64,000 bases of DNA from the human T2T-CHM13v2.0 reference genome, Homo sapiens: NCBI RefSeq assembly GCF_009914755.1, contig NC_060929.1. One strand, given 5' to 3'. How positions within the stretch are numbered: the first letter of the stretch is position 1; every line of letters starts with the position of its first letter. This document shows, piece by piece, positions 54,667 through 64,000 of this stretch. Under the pieces are notes generated by a model. It was not told where the DNA came from, ran no database searches, and was given only the letters and a program-made list of their open reading frames with translations. Made by a program: the position numbers and the translations under genes.

Positions 54667-57600
54667 TTAATAGACATTTCAACCTCTAGGATGACATGAA
54701 ATAGCATTTTAAGGCATTATAAGAGAAGATTCAAGTTCCTATATAAGCTCATTCAATTTCATTTTATAGCTCCTGTTTGCTATTTTTCTACAAAACTATT
54801 TATATTCTAGAAAAAAACATATTTTTATTCAAGCTCTTTAAGTCAATATGAGTCTAGCTAGACCTGCTGAGTTGGTTCTTTCATAAATTTATGGTAAAAG
54901 TTCAATATATATCCTCTAGCTGTACTTCTCTTTTACTATGTATGACTGGAAAGATTCACTCTTATCTTTGAAGAATACACCTCCTACTGATTGGTCTCTT
55001 GCTGAGTGCTGTTGACTGCTCTGAAGTTGACCTCATGGTTAGCAATTCATTCTAAGGCAAATGAATCATTTCATCAGCAATAGTCATGCAACTATGAAAT
55101 CTCAGTGGTGGTTTCCCTGGCCATCTCTGCCAATTACAAATACCAGGGACACTACTTGGCTGACTTCAGTCTTCACATCCAAATAAGGAGAGACAGGTCA
55201 GGTTAAAGCTGGACAGGGCTTCTGTGCATTTTATACAAAGGAAATGGGGAGGCTCTGCAGGAATTAGTCCATATGCACCTTTTCAAAGAGGCCTGGCACT
55301 ACCCCCTCCCCTTCTTCAGTATTCTGTACATTCCTCAAATACAGAATGAACAGAGTGGAGCAAGTTTTACTTACCTCTCCATCTTAAATAACCACTAACA
55401 TTCTCTCAAGGATCTAGGATATAAACCTGGTGCACTAATTCTCATCACAACAAATTTCTTCTTTACTTTTTCTTAATGCCTTCAGGAATAAGAGAAACCC
55501 CATAAATCAGAAAAAGCCTCATCTTTTAAGAACTACTGCTCCTTTAGAGGTGGAATTGTTTGAGTAATTGTATAATGGTGCTTGGCACTTAGTAGGAACT
55601 TAACAGATATTTGTTGATTTAATGAATAAGTGAGAAATATTTGTTAGGCTGCAGTTTTAAATGAGTACAGCTGTAGAAGGTCCAAGCTCACCAAGTCCAA
55701 GACGAGAGAATGTGGTTGGTTTGCCATTCACATGGCTGGTCTTGGTTTGGGATTTTTGTTACCTGAGGGACAGTCTCTGCTGAAAAAAAAAAAACCCTAG
55801 CAGAACCAGGCTGCTACTGTGACTGAGATCATTCTTCTGTGTCTACATATTTTATATGCCAAAGGAGAGTACTTCCTTTGCCTGTCTAAGCTCCAAAACT
55901 AACCATTCCTGTCTCTAAGCTTGTCAATGCTTTCAACAGCATAGCTTGGAATGGTGCCAAAGAGATCTACAACTAGTTTGTATTCATTTGGAATTTTCAG
56001 TACCCATTTTCCAAGATAGACAAGAGATTCACAAATTTTCCGTCTCTGAAAATGCTCCTGTTTCTGCCTTGAAGGGCTGTATCATATCTAGCCTGTAAGA
56101 AACAAGAGAGGTCTGTGAAGAACAGCTTGGGGAAAAAAAAGGTGAGAATTGCCTTCCAATGCAGAATTGTATGAAGCAATCTTCACTTTTGAATCACAGT
56201 GTGCTTCATGCCAAAATTCAATAGCCACATCGAACATCAATGAGCTGAGTGTGGAATACACCTTTTCCCAAGTGATCTAATGCTTTTCCTAAGTTGACTT
56301 TTGAAGTGACACAGACTTCTGTTGCTTCATTTTTAACTTCTTTTCTTTCTTATTTTATATCTAACTTCTAGCTTTGTCCCTCAAAACTGATGTTAGTGCT
56401 TCATAAGCCAGAAACAATGGGAAAGAGGCACCTCACCGATACCAAGATGTATGATGTTGCTGTTCAGTTGAAAGGTTCGCAGGAGGTGGAAGTGTAAGTG
56501 GACTCAGTGCATGGTGTGTAACATGTTGTGAGAATTTACTCCTCTGCAGCTTTGGTATTAAAGTCTGAAGTATTGTGAATCTGTGCATCACTTGTAAAAT
56601 CAACAACCATAAAGGCCATTTAAATATCCATAATATCTTTTGTCAGTAGGCAAGCCAATTGCTTATGCAAGAAGTAGATCAATTTAACCTTTTATTTGGC
56701 ATACATTTTCTCAGTTTTTTTTTTTTTTTTTGGCACAGACCACAATGTTTTTATAATCAACTCTTAGCCAAAGCAGAAATTCATACAATCATATTTTGCT
56801 TTCCTGTTCAGGATTCTTTTCCTGACACATTTGTCATCTGTGACCAAGATTTGCTTTAACACCCTAGGTTGAACATTGTTCAGTGACAGACGTTCGGTTA
56901 CCCTTTTAATAAGGAGGTGTTATGTGATTTCTCGGCCAGCTAGAAAAGCAGTGGTCAAAGCAGGAAATCCGATTCTTGACCTTGTTTTTTTCTTTTACTC
57001 TTGTCAGACATACTGGTACTTCTTGGAGGTAGATTTCACTTCTATGTCCTATGTGTCAGCATAATAGGCTTTCTCACTTATGTTTTGAGACAAACAAATT
57101 ATCAGGCTAATGTTTAAAATCCAACAACTACCAGAAATGGTTATAATTCTAATAATTCCAATATTACAGAGGTAAGCAATAATAGGTTTACACTCACTGT
57201 CATTCACTCTCCCTCTCTCTCTCAAACTTATTGAACATTCTTTCCATGTTAAATATTAGTCAATAAACCCTATATTAATTAACACATTTAGTTCTCATAA
57301 GACTGCTTGGATGTAGATTCAAAAGTTTTAAAAATGAAAGCATTTAAAAGTTAAGAAACTTGTAAAGGGTTATACCATAGTTAATAATGATACCACCCAG
57401 GCAGCCTGACTTTAGAATCCATACACTTAACCAGACACCATAGAGGCTCTTGTAGATGCAAAATTCTTTATCAGATATGTGATTTGCAAATATTGTCTCC
57501 CAGGCTATAGCTTGTGTTTTCATTCTCCTTTCATAATGTTTCAAAGAGCAGTTTTTAATTGTAATGAAGTACAAATTATCATTTTTTTCTTTTTATGGAT

Positions 57601-58192
57601 TTTTGTTTTTGGTGTCATATCTAACAAATCTTTAACTCAGGGTCACGAAGGTTTTCCACTTGAAGTTACATAGTTTTAGGTTTTAAAATTAGGCCTATGA
57701 TCCATTTTGAGTTAATTGTGTATATGGTGAAAAGCATTCATTAAAGTTTACTATTTTACATATAAATATCCAATTGTTTAAGCATCATTTATTGAAAATA
57801 CTGTTCATGCTCCACTGATTTGCTATTGCATCTTGGTTAAAAATCATTATTCCATGTATATGAGCAACTTCTGTACTCTGTTCTCTTCCATTGATCTATT
57901 TAGCCATTTTGATGCCAGTGCCACAGTCTTTTTTACTGTAGCTTTATAATGAGTTTTGAAATCAGGAAGTTTTGGTCCTCCAACTTTGTTCTTTTTCTAA
58001 CTTGTTTGGGATATTCCAGATCCTTTGTACTTCCATGTGAATATCAGAATAAGCTTATCAATGTCTACAGAGATGGCTGCTAGAATTCTGTTGGCTTTAT
58101 GGATATTTAAAGAGATTTGACATTTGAACAACATTGAAATCTTTAAGTTATGAACAAAATATACTTATTTATGCCTTTAAAAATTTCTGTCA

Positions 58193-58572
<380 letters not shown>

Positions 58573-59838
58573 TTAAATGTCTTACTGTTCATTTTTCTTC
58601 AGAAATAAAATTGATTTTTATGTTGCTCTTCTATTCCTTAACCTTCCTGAAAGTTCACTTATTAGTTCTAGTAGCTTTTTTGTAGATTCCATTGGATTTT
58701 CTACAAAGATAATCATGTCATATACAAATAGAGAGTGTTCATTTTTAATCTGTATACCTTTCATTTCTTGTGCTTGAGCTAGAATACATCAGTTAAATAG
58801 AATGTTGAATTTCTGTTTCTATTAAGTGCAGACATTTGTTTTGTTTTTGATCTTAGGTGAAAAGGTTTTAGATTTCCTTTATAACATGTGCTGCTGGGTG
58901 TGGTTTTTGCATAGATGTGTGCCCTTTATCAGGTTGAGAAAGTTAATCTTAAAATATATTCCAATTTCATCTAAGTTTTAAAACTTAATGGTATAAAATT
59001 GTTTATAACATTTCCTATTATCTTTGTAGTATCTGTAGAATCCATAGTGATGTTTCCTTTTTCATTTCTGATATTATAAATTAGTATCTTCTCTTTACTT
59101 CTGATCATTCTGGCTAGAGGTTTATAAGTTTTATTATTTTTTCAAAAATCCAGCTTTTGACTTATTTTCTTTTTATACTTATATTGGATTGAATTCACTT
59201 TTTATCTGTTTTCCTAAGGTCATTCATTTGAGGTTATTTATTTGAGACTTTTCTCCTTTTCTAATATAAGTGTTTAGTGCTATAAATTTTCCTATAACTA
59301 CTGCTTTAGCAGCATCTCAGAAAATTTTAAATATTTTGCTTAAAATTTTATTGAGATCAAAATTTTTATATTTTTCATTTTGATTTCTTCTTTGACTGAT
59401 GGATTATTTATAACTGTGTTATTAAGTTTCCACATTTTTGGAGATATTATAAGAATGCTTTTGTTATTGATTTCTAATTTAATTCCACTGAAGTCAGAGG
59501 GCATCCTTTGATGCTCTCAAAGTATTATAGAAAACTTTTATATTCATTGAGACATTTTATGACCCAGAATATGTCTATCTTAATAAATGTTCCATATGCA
59601 CTTGAAAAGAATATGTATTCTGCCATTTTGGGGTGTAATATTCTATAAATATTAATTAGGTCATATTAGTTGTTAGTGTTGTTCAAATTTTCTATATCCT
59701 TTTTGTCAACTTGTTCTAACAATTATTTAAAAAGCTGCATGAAAATCTCTGACAATAATTGTGGATTTATCTATTTCTCATTGCATTTCTACCAACTTTT
59801 GCTTTATGTATTTTGAAGCTCTGTTATTAAGTACATAA

Positions 59839-60167
<329 letters not shown>

Positions 60168-61222
60168 TGATGAATTGGCCTCTTTATTATTATGAAATAA
60201 CCATTATTCCTGGTAGTAATCTTTGCCCTTATATCTGCTTTGCCTAATACTGACACTCCAGAAGTTTTTTAAAAATTGGTGTTAGAGTATGTATATATTT
60301 TTCCATTCTTTTATGATTACTTTTTTGTTGCTTTTACATTTAAAGTTGATTTTCTGTATGCAGAATTTAGTTGGTCTTGCTTTTTCATCTAATGTAATGC
60401 TCAGTGAGTTTTATTTGGGGTATTTACATTAAATGTGAGTATTGCTATAATTAGTATTAAGTATATCATTTTGTTGTGTTCTATTTGTCTGATTTCCTTT
60501 TTTTCTATTTTTAATGGCTTCTTTCAGATTAACTGAGTAATTTTTATGATTCCGTTTTTTAAAATGTTGTGGCTTATTAGCAATAACTGATTTAATTTTA
60601 GTATTTTAATAGCATTAGTGGTATTTTAGTGGCATTTTTAGTATTTTAATATTAGTGTTATTTTAGTATTTTAGTGGTTGCCTTAGGGTTTATAATATCA
60701 CTCAGTTGTTACAGTCTTTATTTCTAAGGTACAATCATTGGTGATACTCTTTTTTTCCTCTCTTTTTGTTTATCTATATTATACTGTAATAGTGCTAGAC
60801 TCCTTCAAGTTGAAAGTTTACCGTGAAACATGATCCTGTTACCTCTGTAACTGGGAACTAAGTATTAATACACATGGGAAACTAGAGAGAAAGAAAAGAT
60901 CTTATAAGTGGAACCATGGATGATACAACTAACATCACAGTCAAGCCTCCACATCAGACCCTTGAATACTAGTCAGGACACAGACCTATAACTGTTAATT
61001 TGTCATCTACATACGATATTAAACCAGCATTTCTTAAATCCTGCTTTCATTGATCCTGACTCTTCACCTCTGCCTGGTTCCCTGTTGCTGCAGGTTTTCT
61101 CTTGCTCCTTATCTTCCTCTTGTCTTGCTCTTGTTCTCTCTGTTTCTACTTCTCCGGCTGCTGTCAACTAGAAGATTCTTTTTATGTGCCTATAAAAATC
61201 CAATTTTAAAAGAGAGAGGATC

Positions 61223-61645
<423 letters not shown>

Positions 61646-61767
61646 TCAGCCATGGCCAGTGGATAGAAACACACACTACAGAACATGGCAGCCACGCTGA
61701 GGAAGTACCTTTCACCATGTGGTAGACACTCAGAGACTGCTCTGAAAAGGTCAGTGTTGTAATTAGT

Positions 61768-61851
61768 GAAAAAGGAAGGGAGGAAAGGACGAAGGGAGGG
61801 AGAGAGGGAGTGAGAAAGGGAAGGAGGAAAAAGAAATGAAGGAAGAGAGGG
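61768..61851. repeat. GA-rich low-complexity tract
   Basis: Near-pure purine run of about 80 bp. Confidence 0.85.
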
Positions 61852-61884
61852 CCAATCTATTATATATTTTCAGAGAGTTCTCAT

Positions 61885-62520
61885 GATTAGAAGTTTTCTC
61901 TTATATTGAGCTGAATTCTACCATTATGTAACTTCCACCTCAATTTTGTTTTGTCCTTTTGTACCTCATCCTAGTTCTGTTTTCTTCAAATGTTTGAGGA
62001 CAGCTATTTACTTCCATCTCTTTCAACCACGCCCCATATGATAAAAGCTTTTAACTTCTCTTTAACTTGGCCACTCTCTTCTATGAGAGTGAGGAGTGAG
62101 GTCCAGTTTGATCATACACTCTTGAACACTCTTAAAACGTGGCTCCCCAAAATAAATACGATAGCCCAGATGTGATCTACCTACCTATAATTACAGATTA
62201 CCTAAACCTTTTCACCAGCCAAGTGAGACTTCTGGTTTCTGTTGAAATGCTCTCCAGACAGGTCTCTCTCATCTGTTGTTCATACAATGGATGTATTGTA
62301 ATGTGGATGCAAGAAATTTATATTTGCATCTATTAAATTTACCAACCATGTCTTCATAACAGTTATTAGTGTGCTCCCTTTTACAAGTACTTTCACAGAC
62401 ATTATCTCATTTAATCCTCCCAACATGTTGATTTTAGACCATAGCTGCTACTTGGTCTATATGATCACTCCTAGTTGAAGTCTTTCCTGTATTCACCATT
62501 AACACTGGAGTCTTCAGCAT
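61885..62520 (-). mobile_element. L3/CR1 relic with a MIR fragment at ~62370-62425
   Basis: ttagaagttttctcttatattgagctgaa..gtaacttccac; cttcaaatgtttgaggacagc; tttatatttgcatctattaaattt; MIR attatctcatttaatcctcccaac. Confidence 0.7.
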
Positions 62521-63556
62521 AATTAAAGTACTGAAGAAAAGTGAACTAAATGTCCCCTTTTGGCATTAAATAACAAACTGTGTACAGCAATGTACTAGGC
62601 AAGGCAGGATGCACAGTATTGTGGAAGAGGGTCACTGTATGAACTGAAATTATTGTTGAATAGAGAGAACACAGAATAAGAGCTAATGGGAGATGTTTCT
62701 GTGCATTGCTTAACAGCATATATGTCAATGGAACAATATTTTCTACAAAATATATGTTAAACCATCTCTTCTTTCTCTGCACTTAGAATGGTTGTCAAAT
62801 GCAGTGGTGGGACTTTCCTCAGAGGTTTGTGTAGTCATGGATCAAATATAACACATGTATTTGAGAAAACTCTTGTAATTCTGCACTTTCATACTAGTCT
62901 TTTCAAGTTCTGTTCCCACATATTGATTCTTTCTCACTATGGAAATATGAAAGCTTTGTGGTTCAAGGTGGTGCTCTCTAATCATTGGGCTGCTGCCTGG
63001 TCTGCATGACTATCCTGAGAGTCACTCTGTCGGTAGCCTTGTTCATTCAATTACTATCATCTCCACCTCATTCCATTGCTTCTACTCCCTATATAAGGAG
63101 AGTAGGCTGTCTTGTTTCTTTCTTTGTCATATTTTCCCTGTCTTCGGTCATAGATGAAATGCAGGATTGTTTTTTTTTCCTTTACAATAATCTGTACTGC
63201 ACACCTATAGAATACAGATACCAATCTATTATTAAAATTCATTGCCAAGTATTCAATTTTGAACAGAACTTTCTCCTGTTGATTATCTTAGTAGCTAAAA
63301 AAAAAATTATCAGATTTAAATCCAGTAACTGGTATGATACTTATGATACATCTTCTATTTGTTTAAGCAGCATAACCTAATGTCAAGTAAAAAGAAAAGT
63401 ATAGCTGGTTTTTGGGAAAATCATAAATAATTTTTAAAATTTAGTCTATAAATTTTTTAAGAAGTATATATATTCTTTTGGAAATCATTTAGAAACCCTT
63501 GTATCTCCTAATAAGTTAAGTGAGATTATGTGTGGGTCAAGACAGTCTGAAAAGGG

Positions 63557-63662
63557 CGTATGTGTGAATATATGTGTATCTATGATTGCATATGTGTCTC
63601 TGGGGAGGAGTGTGTCTGTGTGTGTGGAGTGTGTGTCTATGTATCTGGGTGCCTGTGGATGT
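63557..63662. repeat. Degenerate TG/TA-rich simple repeat
   Basis: Interrupted tgtgtg/tatg runs. Confidence 0.7.
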
Positions 63663-64000
63663 GGAGAGGACAGAGCATGGGGAAAAACCATACTCCTACA
63701 AATTCGTCCCCTCCATTTGGTATCAGTTCAACATGATAAATGCAAAGATGAAAAGAATATGGAGAATGTCTTGTTAATGGTAACACCTGGTTCAGGAAGA
63801 AAACATGGAGCCAAAAGCCTTTATTCCTAATTCCTCTTTCCCGCAGCTGCCAGTTGGGTGTGTCTTGCTAATAGTTTTAGTACATTTCATGAGTGCATAA
63901 CAAAGTGTAATTTTTTAAAGTAGAAAAGCAGTTGCTGGTGAGTCTACTGAAATGGTTTATTTTACAACTATTTCTACATTCAGGAACTTATATAAATATT

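Noticed and set aside
55375-55413. 39-nt minus-strand coding microexon
   Set aside because: Good donor, but stop codons in all three frames.
62788-63830. ORFs of 63-131 aa near the window end (likewise 15231, 23655, 45611)
   Set aside because: Compositions typical of random AT-rich or TG-repeat DNA; no homology recognised and no consistent splice structure.

Overview
This is AT-rich primate (human-like) non-coding genomic DNA. I find no supportable protein-coding gene, RNA gene or CRISPR array. Roughly half the window is interspersed repeats: 9 Alu elements (AluSp, Sq, Sc, Sx/Sz, Y), L1 fragments of several ages, L2, L3/CR1 and MIR relics, solo LTRs (MER52, MLT1, MLT2, MST/MLT1A, LTR33, LTR16-like) and DNA-transposon relics (Tigger3, MER81, MER3, MER91-like). 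The supplied ORFs are repeat-derived or chance ORFs; the longest (49157-49768) is the L1 ORF2 C-terminus. Family and subfamily names come from remembered consensus sequences, not a database search, and boundaries of old repeats are approximate. The points worth a second look are structural: a complex L1 inversion with AGATC junctions, several perfect hairpins or palindromes (one apparently replacing an LTR target-site duplication), a 104-bp tandem duplication, nested insertions, a strong minus-strand bias of L1/MaLR elements that hints at a plus-strand host intron, and a small CpG-retaining unique patch. I do not see evidence for a novel biological system.
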